A stretch of 64,000 bases of DNA from NCBI GenBank assembly GCA_010405405.1, contig MU004239.1, forward strand, positions 1,442,722 through 1,506,721. The letters are read 5' to 3'. Made by a program: the position numbers and the translations under genes. Of the stretch, positions 1 to 12,699 are shown in pieces (within the stretch, counting starts at the first letter, position 1; the number at the start of each line of letters is the position of its first letter). Below the pieces are notes generated by a model, which had not been told where the DNA came from, searched no databases, and worked only from the letters and a program-made list of their open reading frames with translations. This DNA comes from Microthyrium microscopicum (taxonomy: Eukaryota).

Positions 1-570
1 CACCGACCAGATTTCCTATATCACGCGAAGTTAAACAACTCACGGTCACACAAAACATCTCAACAAGACACTTCTTAGTCCCCACAAAAAAACAGTACCC
101 TGCAATACAACGACGCACCCCTACCTACGCGGCCCGTCTCGCGCCTTTCGCGTGCTCCCGAACCGTCCCACCCAGCACCTTTGTGCAACAGCATTCAGTA
201 TTTTCTTTGCGCCGTAAGACCGAGCCCAAAGCCTTTTTGCTTGTACGAGTACAACTTGCTGCACCTGTCCTAAAGTTCGTTGCTTTGCGACGAAATGCTG
301 GATACACAAGAAGGCCGTGTGTGACAGATATCGGGACTATGTAGGTTCCGACGTCCAGTTCACACAAAGTGTGGCACGACGGGAACATCGCTGTGTGGGT
401 AACATATGGGGAAGTTGGCGGTGAGTGGTTCCTTTGATGGGAAATCATTGGGGTTTGTTGGGGTATGGTTGTGTGGCTATGGCTATATGTTGGTTGATGC
501 GCGATGCACATATGGATACAGTTATGTTCTTGAGACTTGTGTTATAGGGACACGGCGTTGGTGTATAAGA
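1..570 (+). ncRNA. Probable 3' portion of telomerase RNA (long arm tipped by a CR4/5-like three-way junction); 5' part and template lie outside the window
   Basis: Nested pairings: CACCGAC 1-7 with GTTGGTG 557-563 and TTCCTATA 13-20 with TATAGGGA 543-550. Junction: CCGT 315-318/ACGG 379-382, GTGTGA 319-324/TCACAC 360-365, AAA linker, GTG-TGG-CAC 369-377. G-U pairs favour the + strand. No credible ORF. Confidence 0.55.
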
Positions 571-1529
571 GTGCAGCAGACTGGTGGCCGCGCAGCGCAT
601 ATATCGGTGGTCACGAATAGGCCAGCGGGGAGTGCAGAGAATATTCTGAATTCGCTCTTTTGCGAGCGTCATGCTTTTGTTCAATATTCTTTTGGTTTAC
701 GGTGGACGGTGAACCTCGTTGCTCTAAAGTTGCTGGTACATGAGGTATTTCGACTGAGACGCTCTGACGGGAGGGAACGGTCTTGAGGTCATGCGATTCG
801 GGACTGGGCCGCAGTTAGATTGGAAGGGCAATATAATTTGATATTGCGGCGCTCAACTTCAAGTGTACCGCCGGTACTGATATACGGAGATAAGCACAGT
901 ATTCAATGTCATGATGCTCGAAGGTAATAACGATGAGGAGACGATGCGGAGTATCAATGAATCAGTGATCATATTGGAGGGAGACTGGCCGAGGTTGTCA
1001 GTCCAAAACCCAAATGTCATCAGGTTGTAAGGCTGTGATGGCGCCAGATGGATTGCTTGCAGGAGATCAGCAGAATGTGAGGTTGAAAAAGCAGTGATGA
1101 CAATTGACAAGCAGTTCCGGGGCACGTTGTAAATCTTCCTATTGGACAGTAGATCAATGTGGAGCTCGAGGCTTCGAAAGTGGGAAAAGAGGCTTCTCTA
1201 TGACTTCCCTACAGGTTACCTGGCGCTTGTTATTTGCTGATTGCCAGAGCCCAAGTCCCACACTACCTCTGGTGCGCGTTCTGTGGTTATTAGGGCAAGA
1301 TCTGGCCTATAAATTCTGCTACAGATCTAGGATTCTAATTAGGGGAGACCCTAGACTAGAAGAGTATACTATAGTATAAATTTATATAGTAGCTTGCTTA
1401 GTGGTTCTATATATTACTAAGGATAATATATCTTAATACTTAACTTTATATATTCTTAGTGTTATTTAAATCTTTAGATCTTACTCATTTTAACTAATCT
1501 CGTTATCTTGTCTCTTCTTATAATAAATT

Positions 1530-2550
1530 TAGGTAAGCACCTTACTAAATTTAAACGCTAGTAGGTATAGGATATAATATTATAAGAATACTCTTGCTAT
1601 AAGATTGCTAGAGCCCTTAAATATTCTTAAACTATTATATAATATTAGTATAGGAAGCTTAAAATAACTACTTTATTTAATACTATTAGTATAGTTTAAT
1701 AACGTTCCTTAATTAATTTATTAAAAACTATTACTTTAGTAGAATATCTTCTATCTAAACCTAATTCTACTTAATTTAAGATAGCTAATTACCTATTGGA
1801 CCTATTTAATATAGAGGTTAGCTAAGATTAGGTCTATTGTATGCTAAAGCGTATAAAATAGATTAAAAAGAGGGTAAGTCGTTACTATAGCTTTATTTAA
1901 TTAATTCTTATTATATTTACTCTAAAATAGTGCTATAACATAGCTATTTAATAGTCCTTATACCTTTATTAAGAATTCTATATCAAAATAAATAATTATT
2001 ATCTAGATTAGATTATTTATATTAATAAATACGGCGTAGAGACTAGCTCTTTAGCTTATAGAATAGAATAGAGCCTAAAGAGTATAGAATATACTATATT
2101 CTTACTATTAGCAAGCTCTAAGAAGTAGAATATACTGCTAGTATATATTATATAGAGAATTTTATAGGTAGATCTATATTAATATAATACTAACGATAAG
2201 GGCTTTACCTACTAGTATAAATATAACCTACTTCTAAAGTATTTCGCTTTTCCTACCCTAAGGAATTCTATAGTTATAATAAATAACGCGTAGTTCTATT
2301 AACTTACGGATTTAAAGCCTCTTTTTAAGCGATTTAGTATTTAACTAGAGTTCTTACCTCCCTATAGTTCTAATTTTAATCTTATTAAGTAATTATTTAG
2401 TAATTTAAAGAAGTAGATTAGATTAAATAATAAGCGTTATAAAGAAGGACGATAAGAAGGATAGCTATTTAAGGAATATCTACGTTTAGGCCTAAAAGAG
2501 CTTAATACTTACTAGCACGTAATAAAATACTTCTATAAAAGTAAATTTAA
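1530..2550 (+). pseudogene. RIP-mutated DDE_3 (IS630/Tc1) transposase, DD34E; boundaries approximate
   Basis: Undoing transitions gives IYIDE (~2010-2030), VIMDNAQFH (D codon 2282) and FLPPYSPDFNPIE (E codon 2387), with 34 codons between D and E. Many TAA/TAG stops at former Gln/Trp codons. Confidence 0.88.
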
Positions 2551-3746
2551 TATTTAATACTTTGTAGTACTTATAGATATCTATCTTAATTAAACTAACT
2601 CTCTTCTATATATTTTTTAGTATCCTTTTAGGCCTAATTATACTATTCCTTAACCTAAATAACAAAATAGCGAATAGCGTTATTCTTAATTTTAGGGTTT
2701 ATAGTAGTAAAGATCCTAATATCTTCCTCTATAGCTACCTAACTAATTCTTATATACTTACTTTAATATATACTTAGAATTAACTTTACCTACTTAAACT
2801 AAGACGTCTCTATACCTATATGCTTAGATAACTACTCTTAAAATATATCTAACTCTCTATTAGGGTTAAAAATAATTAAATCTAGTAGCGCTAGTAGTAA
2901 AGGACTACTAGTAGGCAATTTATTAATTTTTAAGGTCTTAGGCGTCTTTATTACTACCCTCTCTACTATAGCATAGATATTTAATAGATTAAAGCTAAAG
3001 AATAGCTTATTACTATTAAAATTACCTTTATTAATTCTATTACTACTAGAACTAGAACCTCTTAGACGCGTATCTTAGGTAAACTATTTACTAGTAGTAG
3101 AGATAAAGATATCTATTAAAATCTTATCTAGAAGCTATATATTAAAGCTCTTATAAAGCGCTATTAGCCTAATAATCTCGCTCTAGCGGCGAAAGACTAA
3201 TAGATTTATAATAAGGTGCTTCTTACTTAATCTAAGAATAAAATAATGCCCTTAAATCTTTAAAAAGAGATACAATAGTTCGTAATAGCTATATTTATCT
3301 AAAAGCGCGAAATAGGTGTTAGCATAATTATATATTTAATTATTCTTAATAACAGCCTAAATCTTAGAGGACTCTATATCTTTTTAGGTCTAATTTTAGG
3401 CTTCTTAAAGTTCTTCTACTATCTTTAAAGTTTGTAGTGCTTTATTAGCTTTATTAATAGTCTATAATATCTCTTACTCTAGCGTTACTAGTTTAGCTAT
3501 TTTAGAAGAGATGTTAATATAGGTTTAGAAGCGTTTATTAATCTTTGCTAGCTAATATTTAATATTAGATCCCTCTTTATTAAATATAAATAGTATTAAG
3601 GAATCTTTAGTAGTTTTGTTAATAAGAAGCTAAAGATAGGTCTAAATTAACGTTATAGAGCCTATTAGATAACGTTATTCTCTAGCTTAAGAAGCTTTCT
3701 ATTAAAGAGCTTCTTTCTAACTATTAAAGAGGGTAGTATATACTTC

Positions 3747-4803
3747 TGTAATAATTCCTCTTTATAGGCTTGATAGCGGTCTTGCTCTAGAGGAGGCCTA
3801 CCCCGCAGTAGTGACGTCATAGTCACGTGCTACGTAATCTATGCGCAGATCCTCTACTACTTCAGCGCGCCTCCATAGCTCTAGATCTCTCTTCCCTAGC
3901 TTTGTATTCAATATACTATCTTAATCTACTACGGCTCCTATATCTCTAGGATCCTTATATAATGCAAAGCTCTTTAAACTTTAACTCCCGCGCTTACCCT
4001 ATAGGAACTAGCCATTAGTTTGAATAGGCTCTTCAACGCGCAAAGCAAGCGTATAGCCATTCCATAGCGTAGCGAGATCAAATTCTGCACGCAAATTTAA
4101 TGTGTCTATAGACGCTTAGACTACTACCTAGCCCCTACGCCTACGCGTATGCCCCACTAATATTTAAAAACAACTCCCCTATATTCCAAACTCCTTAATA
4201 CATTAGATGTTTATTCCTTAGAGTACTAACGCTACGAATAGTTCCTAAGAAGATTTTTAGGTGGTCCCTCAAGAGACAAGAAGAACTAGTGGTTAGCAGG
4301 ATCCTACTAAAATAATAGGAGCAGAAGGGATAAGAGCGTTAGTAGATTCCTAAAATTCAATTAGGAACGAGCGGAGAATTCTTAGCATTCTCAGCATCCT
4401 TGGCAATAAACGGCATTCCATGGCACGTTTGATGGCTTCATAATAACAACAAAATAGTGGTTTTTCACCTATCTTCATGGTTCCCGCAGGTTTTCCACTC
4501 CCATAAGCAATTTTTAGAGAAGGATCAGCAAGGCAGGAGCAGGTTTCAATTTAGTTCAGTTCAGGAGTACTAATTTTAAAGGAAGGCTCATATAATAATT
4601 CCTCTTCACAGGCTTAACAGCGGTCTTGCCCTAGAGGAGGCCTACCCCATAGCAGTGACGTCATAGTCACGTGCTACGTAGTCCGTGCGCGGATCCTCTA
4701 CTACTTCAGCGCGCCTCCGTAGCTCTAGATCTCTCTTCCCTAGCTTTGCATTCAATATACTATCTTAATCTACTACGGCTCCCGTATCTCTAGGATCCTC
4801 ATA
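3747..4803 (+). mobile_element. Nested miniature LTR retroelement (TRIM-like or internally deleted)
   Basis: Direct repeats of 213 bp at 3747-3959 and 4591-4803; left one starts TG; 5-bp TSD ACTTC at 3742-3746 and 4804-4808; purine tract AAAGGAAGG just before the 3' LTR; ~630-bp interior without recognisable pol. Confidence 0.88.
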
Positions 4804-6068
4804 ACTTCTATTATAGTTTTATTTAGTTATGCCTTATTCTTTCCCTTCTTAATGTTATATTTAACTATCTTGTAGTAAATAATTAGTACTACATCTCTAT
4901 TAATTTAAATTAGCGCCTTTAAACTACCCCTTAGTTATAATAGTAGCGCTAGAATCTAAGATTTCGTTAACTTATTAAATCTAGGCTATTAAGATCTCTA
5001 GCTAGCGTTTGCCCTATTATTTATCTCTTCTATGCAGCTAATTAAAGAGCTAGAAATTACTATTAAAGAGCTTTAATTTTAGCTCTATATTAGACTTCTA
5101 GCAGGTATCTAGAAGGTATAGATATCTTAAGATACTATAGGAGCTATTCCTAGAACTAGAGTATTATTTTAGCCTATTTTACCTATAATTTAAGTAGGTA
5201 TATCTACTAGCGTCTTAGGTATTAATTTATTAATCTTCTTCTTATAGGTAGAGCATTAAGTAGTAGTAGAATTAAGATCCACTAATATAGGGCGTTTATA
5301 TAATATTATTACTAGGAATAATAACGATAAGGCTATTTGCTAATAATTTAATAGGAATATAGCTCTTTTAGGCTTTCAAATAGTATAAAGATTAATTAAT
5401 TATAATATGTCCTTAGTAAGGAATTCCTACTCTAAAAACTACATTTTTAGCCTATCTTTAGATTACTAAGTAGGACTATAAAACTAGTATGTAGTTTGGG
5501 CCGCTAATAGTCTAATCATATATAAATTTATACTGTATTATACTCCTTGATCTCGTCGCGCGATCCAATAGGAATTCCTGCTTCTGTAGCAGAATTTACA
5601 GGCCAGATCTTGCCCTGATAACCACAGAACGCGCACCAGAGGTAGTATGGTGTTGAACCAGTAGTTGGCCTGAGATCAGGCTGGTGGTTGGTCTAGTATT
5701 TACAGCCTTGTGCTTGTTCCTAAATACATCGGGTAGGAAATCTGTGTCGTGCATGAGGATTGATGCCTCACCGTTCAAAAGAAATAAAGATTTCTGGTAC
5801 GGTGAAGCTTTCGATTTAGTTGCACATAGATAAATTCTCAAGGCGATCGATTCATGCAATGCAAAATTGCTGGAAGACACTTTCGCCCTGTGACTACGTC
5901 TAGTAACTCTAGAAAGGACGTACTGGGGATAAGTGCGACAGCCTTGGGTATAGTGGTGGCATAGTCTTGAATATTAGGCTCTTTATACCTGACCCGCGCA
6001 GAAAACAACGGCCTATAAACGCCCCATGTCTTTAGCAAGATCTTGATTCTCTTAAGGATGGTGATAAC

Positions 6069-6135
6069 GGAGATGGCCGAGCGTGGTTAAGCCCTATCGG
6101 AAGCAGTGCGCCAGCATAAGGTTCATATAAACTCA
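6069..6135 (+). pseudogene. Degenerate tRNA-like remnant (possible tRNA pseudogene or SINE head)
   Basis: TGGCCGAGCGTGGTTAAG (6074-6091) resembles a tRNA A box/D arm; degenerate B-box-like GGTTCATA at 6120; no complete cloverleaf. Confidence 0.25.
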
Positions 6136-8622
6136 GATATATAACCCCACAGTGGCTGGGCTTGTCTATATGAATCTCTAGGTTATATTAATATGAATAC
6201 CGGTTCATGGTTCGAGAACTCGATCGTCGACGGGGTGGAGGTTCTACCCGTGCTGAAAATCGGTTCTGGTTATTTCCATCCATGTCCTTGCTACTAGGGA
6301 GCAGTGAAGTGACTTCTTGGGTTGAACGTATGATGCAATAGTTTAAGGCTGATTCATATATATATTGCACTACGAGCTTTTGTGGTATAACGAAGTAACT
6401 ATATGATTACTTTCATACTAACATGTCCCACATCTCTTGACTTGACTGTGCTAAAATCCTGTCACTTCAACATATCACACGAGAATTGAGGATAAAGGCA
6501 TGAATTGATCAGAAACTGGACTGGTTATTCTTGGTTTTCCCAAATCGTGGAAGGACGTCTTCATGAACACAAACAATAGTCTCTAGGTACAGTTGTAGAC
6601 AGCGTGATATTGCCCAGGTGGAGGGTGTTATAGCGGCAGACTTGAAACTCAGCCTGCGCAGCATCATCGTACGCCTCCACTCGTGGCCGGTTTTGTCTGT
6701 TTCTGGCCTGACAAGCCTCTGTATCCTCGCATATCGGCAACCTGCATGCCCTGCCATCATTCCTCCAGCGAATCCCTCATTCCATTTTGGTCCAATTGTT
6801 CTCTTCCATCCGTTTCTCTGCCATCCACGTCTGCAGCTTCCCATGTGTTTTCCAGCCTTCGCCGTTCAGTTTAAATCCTTGATCCTGGGTGCCAGCCTTA
6901 ACTCTATTTTTCCAGTTCTTGATACATCCCGCTATGCGGTGGCTCGTTGTATTTCTGACACATGCACAATCACCCAAGGCTTGCACTCCCCACTGGTTGT
7001 CGCTGGTTAACACTTAATATATACATTTATGCTTCTCATCGCACTGATGTCGGCGCTCTGGCACACACTCCAAAATAATGACACTTGTCTATTCACGGCA
7101 ACATTGCCGTTGCAGGGCTGGTCCCAGTTGACACCATTGAACAAGGAGAGGTGTGCTCGTATGGCCTATTGAATGCGATTTGCAATAAAAAGCGTTGGTG
7201 GTAGGCAATTGCACCTAGTCAAGTAACATATGCCTTGCTGCCCATCGCACTGGATCATATTAATCTGAATACCAGCCAGAACATCCAGTCATCAGGCCAG
7301 TTATTACTCTGTCCACCCGTCGACTGGACACATCGACACCGGCCCATGACAGGAGTAGTAGAGTGCTGGGACAATCCCTGATAACCATCATACAATGCCC
7401 CGGTAGCGTTCTGATGCAAGCCTCGAAGGTGAAAGCGGTATGTGGTCCGCTGGCCTTTTGACAGCCAACCACCAGTAGCTCTGCTGCTTGATATCTTTCA
7501 ATTCAAGGCCTCATGAACAAGTGTTTCTCTCTGCTAGTAGCCTAAAATGGTGATTCCGCAAGTTACTCCGCTTGAGGCATGGGCTCCAGCGTGTTTCCTA
7601 CCATGCAGATATTGTAACAGCTTGAACATCTTCTGTGCGCCTTCTAGAAACAACCTGGTCCTGTCATTCTTCGATTGGACTAGGTGGAATCTCGGTCGCC
7701 GGGGTTCATTGACGAATCAGTGATGCCAAAATACTCCATTTTGCCAGATTGCGGTGCCCATATCCTTCCTAAACGCGATTTGCGAACGGTCTTGTTCTGC
7801 CTCGAGGCTGATGGTGCCGCGCTGCAACTCCACTTCATCTCCTCGTGCTCGTTTTCGTCAAAAAATGCGTCTGTCTGCGTCGTAGCGTGCATATCTTGAC
7901 AGTGACGACAACATAGCTCTCCTTCTGGTCTTCCGTGCGAGGCTGTGCCAAAAAACGTCTACCCAACACCCTGGCCTAGCATTTCACCTTCAATGCGAGG
8001 CTTTTGTCAATGCCTCGAACTCCTTTCTTACCCATCTCAGATCCAGAAACTTAGATCATTAGTCGGCAAGAGCTTGCCGTCTTTGCTGCTGCCCTTGATT
8101 CCAATAACTCATTCGCATATCGTGCCTTTCTTATATCTATCCTGCCATATCCTTGTTTCAATGCCGACCCATCACTGTGCGCGTGCCCTCACATTATAAT
8201 GCACAAACCTCCCAGATCTTAATGTCCTAGATCAGTTCTTACGGCTGGCCCGCAACAACATTCCCAAAAGCACCCTGTTCAAGTCTGTTCACAGATAGAG
8301 AACCTTGAATACTCCTCAAGCCCCTCTCTTAGCTTCGGCCTCCTAAGCCCTCTCTGCCCTCTTTGGATGCTGGATGGGGGTCTGTTTCGCCTACGGTTGC
8401 TCAGTCCACAGACAACATTTGTCAGTCACAAGTCGCAGTGTCTATTAGCCGTCTAATCGTAAATATCCTGGACTATTTTGGTTCAGAGTTCCGATCTGGT
8501 CGATTTTCTTCAGAGGGTCTATTGACTAACCCTGCTCCGTTTCTTTCTGCTCGGGCGCTGGTCTTACCGGGCAACTGCCAGAGCTAGATTGGCTCTGGTA
8601 GCTTATATGCATATCCGCAACA

Positions 8623-9893
8623 CTGGCGAGCTCATATCGGGACGGCTTTCTCGACTATGGCATACAAGAACACTCGGGAGAAGGCGAACCTCTGGAATCA
8701 AACTCACCGAACGATCAACCTCCAGGTCAATCCTCTGTCGCCACCGGACATACTGGTCATACCCACTCTTCTTTCTTGCAGTTTGGATTGCCATCAGACA
8801 ATACTCCCGGCCAAAGTCAAAACCCGTTCTTGTCATCGACATCTCCTGTCGCGCCTGTCGCCAACGTCCAGCAGCAGCATGGTATGCAGGCTCATCATCA
8901 ACTAATGCAAGCAGGAGGCGTGGACGCAATGCGCCAGCCTCCATTGCTACGTCGCCCTCCACAGCAACATCAGCAACATCACATGGGACACCATCAATCG
9001 CCATATGGAACCCATCACTCTCACCTAGACTACAACCCACCCTCGCCCCACGGTCATTCTCGAAAGCGCTCCCGAGCCCGGAACGATCTTCATCTCGAAC
9101 TCCATGGTCTCTCGGGACTAGTGGACCCCAATGACCCTCATCAAGAAATGCCAGTGGAGCTTACTCCACATGGCCATCATGCGCAACCGCAATCGCTGTA
9201 CACACCACATACAGGGCCGCCGTCGTCGCAACTACCCCCTCCACAACATCACCATCACAGATTACCGAATCAACCACCACCATCAAAGATGAGGCGCATA
9301 GGTTATGACTCTCCTCCTCCTCAGCATCATGGTCCACCAAGCGTTGTAGGCCAAGAAGGCATGCCGCCGCCAGCACCTCGACCTCGAGGCCCGAAGCTCA
9401 AGTTCACCCCGGAAGACGATCAACTTCTGGTAGACCTGAAAGAGAAGAAGAATCTGACATGGAAGCAAATAGCAGACTTCTTCCCAGGACGAAGTTCAGG
9501 CACGCTCCAAGTGAGGTACTGTACAAAGCTCAAAGCCAAGACAACAGTATGGACCGAAGAAATGGTAAGTCTTCCAAGTCCACAAGCGTCGACAGATCGC
9601 AAGTTAACACCCAAAAGGTCCACAAGTTGCAAAATGCTATGCGCGAATACGAAACCGACCGATGGCGCATCATCTCCACCAAAGTCGGCAGCGGCTTCTC
9701 GCCCGCAGCATGCAAAGAAAAGGCCTCCGAGATAGCAGGCGACTCGGGAGACTTGGGGCTGCCGAACCCTGACACTGACAGACAAACAACCGGCGAAACG
9801 GCAGACGATTCCAACAGCTTCGTCGACCACAGGCTCAATGACGAATCTGCCTCGAGCGAAGTCAATGTCCCGACTGGTGTATCCTACCAATAG
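8623..9893 (+). CDS. Myb/SANT two-repeat DNA-binding protein with His/Pro/Gln-rich N-terminus; start uncertain (CTG 8623 or ATG 8884)
   Basis: KFTPEDDQLLVDLKEKKNLTWKQIADFFPGRSSGTLQVRY and WTEEM|VHKLQNAMREYETDRWRIIS; intron 9565-9617 (GTAAGT..GTTAAC..AAG) joins the two ORFs; stop 9891-9893. Confidence 0.85.
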
Positions 9894-12699
9894 ATCTTAC
9901 TCTGTCGAATTGTACGAACGTTAATGATTCTTGAACGATTACTTTTTGCCTTTTTGCCAAATGTCGCGACGAACATCTGCTACCAGTTTTCTTGCGATCT
10001 TTTGCCCTACGATGACACGAACGCGATGGTGGCTGTACGCTGATGAAAATCGTTGCGCGCGCGTTTCTGGTCCAATTGGGTGGCCTACAACGGGATGCAT
10101 AAACGAGCCAAGGAGTCGATATGCGGTGTTCTGACGTCAAATGTTTTGATTTATTGGCATGAGCGTCTTTGCGAATTGGGAGTGCTCACGGATGCTTTCG
10201 TTTGCATCCTCTCCACGAGGCTCCCGGGGGTATTTCCTAACGGCGACTTGAAACAATCCGGCATATCGGCTATGTCCCAAGGCTTCCGTAACTGGCGTTT
10301 TTCGGTACCTCTACTAGGAACAGATATTTAGCATCACCGGCTATTTCTGGAGAACGCATCGTTTAGATTCCTGTCGTTCGTTTGGTATCCCATTGTTCTG
10401 CTGCACGAAATGAAAACGTTTGATTTAGTCCTCGCGAGGACACTCCATCTCGGACATCGTCGCTCTCCGCATTCGCTACTGAGAACAGATGGTATTCGGT
10501 GTTCTGAAACTATTTCTTAACTGTCTGTTTACTGCATCTGTTTGCTGGATTAGGTACGGTTCGAGATATCCCTGTTATAATAGTCTATTAATCCAATGTT
10601 CTAACAAATGCTTCACGGACTTACAAATATTCTACTGACCCTCATGTAGGGGCACGCGTGAGTCTCGAACTAATTCCCTGGTCTCCAGATCTCAGATCTG
10701 CGGAATACCAGCACCTGTTTTCATGGAGATGACTTTTGTTTCATACCCAGCTCTTGCTGCATCTTGCATAACAAACCCTCATATATTCAAGTGTCAAAGC
10801 ATGCCGCTTTAGGTCAGCCTTGTAAGTAACCCCTTTAGGTATTGTTTCAGGGTCGACTGCATCGTGACATAATCATAAGGTTGGAGTTATAGGAGTGATG
10901 TTTGGACGCGAGATTGGAAAATGTGGGTGGCTGGGAAGCATGTCGCTCAGACGGAAACACGGGCATTTTCGACATCTACGCGTTATTAAAAACGCGTCTT
11001 TAGCTTGTCCTACCTTTAACTATATCATATAACCTCTTTCGCGATTGATGATAGCTCCACGGCAAACAAGCATAGCGCGTAGTATGATTATATTAATCGG
11101 GATTTGTAGGAGCTGTTACCCTTGATAGCAGATCGTCTCCTCCTACTTTATTATCTTTTGGATCCTACCAGCTACATACTAGTGAAAAGTGAGTAATGCT
11201 TAATTTACACTGGTTGTGGTAAAGCAGTCGATATTTTTTTTGTCATTTTCTAAGATATTAGGTAGTCGAGACTCATTCGAGAGCGGACTATTCAACGACG
11301 TGATTAAGGTATGTTTGTGAAGTTATCGTGCAGCCATGTCTACAGTCTGCCAGTGCTCTGAAAAGCTCAATGGGACAATTGGGATTCTTCTTAGCCATTA
11401 ACACGTTGTATAATACATGAGAGTTTAAGTTGAATCTGTGGATTCTAGAAGTTGAGAAATGTACTAGGTGCTTGACCAGTTACCCGGAAAGAGTTGTGAT
11501 ATAAGAAAGACAGGTTTATTTCGCCCCGAACTATCAATGATTTACCAATGATTCAGTCGCTTAATGCTCTGTGCAATGACAGTGCTTAACAAATACGAGA
11601 AGCAATATTTAGCTCTTTTATATCTATATTGGCTGGAATACGAAATCTGCGCTAGCTTTGGTAATCTTTGGATTGGTCTCTTATGGCGGTTCCAAATCAT
11701 AACCAATTCTATTGATTAGTCGTTTGTACGTCGATCTTCATCAATATACTAAGGTACTTCAGAAAACCTTCTCCCAATAGAGGACTCTTTCTATTTTCAA
11801 TCTTTTCATGATGACAGAATCTCTGAAATAAGAACATGAATCAATTGATTTGAGAGGCTCATTTTTGCCTCTGGAAAGCTGGCAACGGTATGGCAATATA
11901 AATGGCGACCTCCTATCGACTCTGATAGCTGCCACCAGTGCTGTTGATTCAAAGGTGCTATACTTCCCATTGTATTCGATCAAACTATCAAGTATGAAAC
12001 ACCTTCTTTGCAAACAGAGCACTTACTTAAAGATCGTAGCGTCTGGGAACCAACGAGGTTGATAGAGCGCGCCACGTATTTTGCTGACCTGTTGACTGTC
12101 ACCAATTTCGAATTTGGATAACCTAACCACAGCCAAGATACTACTGTTAATCGTTGCGCATATTTTCATTGCTACTGTGTCTCTAAGTAGTAAATAAGGC
12201 GTAAAATCGCTGTACTTGAGGATATTTTATTGAGCTAACATCTTGGTCGCTGAATCAAATTACTACGGGGTTGACAAGGGCCACAAGGCTGAACCTCAGC
12301 CTGATAGGTGGTTGCGAGAAGTAGCATTTGGTAGTTTCGACTTGGAAATGGGTACGACTTTGGTCTCACAATATCAGGCGAACATTCTCTTGTTATCATT
12401 GATCCAAATTCTCTTGTGGGTTTTCTCCAAGACCTGAATTCACATACAGTAAGCTTTTGGTGTAACAAAGCTATACCAAGAGTGACCAAGCATGTAAACA
12501 CTGCAAGTTTAGTCGTTTGCTCTCAGTAAAAACAGATTGCCCTGTGATCCAACCATCGCAAGCTATATCTATTCCTCTATTCTGCATTCTTGGAAGATTT
12601 ATTATCTACCGTTGGCAATATACTCCTTTCTGATAGCAAGTCAAGTGTCGTGACCTGACTACAGCGCTGATGCGGACTATCAGAACAGGCACTATCAGA

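Larger units (their letters stand above)
1266..5642 (+). mobile_element. RIP-inactivated IS630/Tc1-mariner DNA transposon with long terminal inverted repeats and TA target duplication
   Basis: 1266-1325 matches the reverse complement of 5583-5642 except for 2 transitions; imperfect match continues to about 140 bp. TA at 1264-1265 and 5643-5644. Interior very AT/TpA-rich and CpA/TpG-poor. Confidence 0.9.

Noticed and set aside
125..786. ORFs of 62-128 aa on both strands at the window start
   Set aside because: No protein motifs; the region is better explained as structured RNA.
1261..1265. CACTA at the left transposon end suggesting a CACTA element
   Set aside because: The transposase is DD34E IS630/Tc1 type and there is no 3-bp direct duplication.
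2860..2868. TTAGGGTTA, complement of a telomerase template
   Set aside because: Lies inside RIP-mutated transposon DNA and on the wrong side and strand for the candidate TER.
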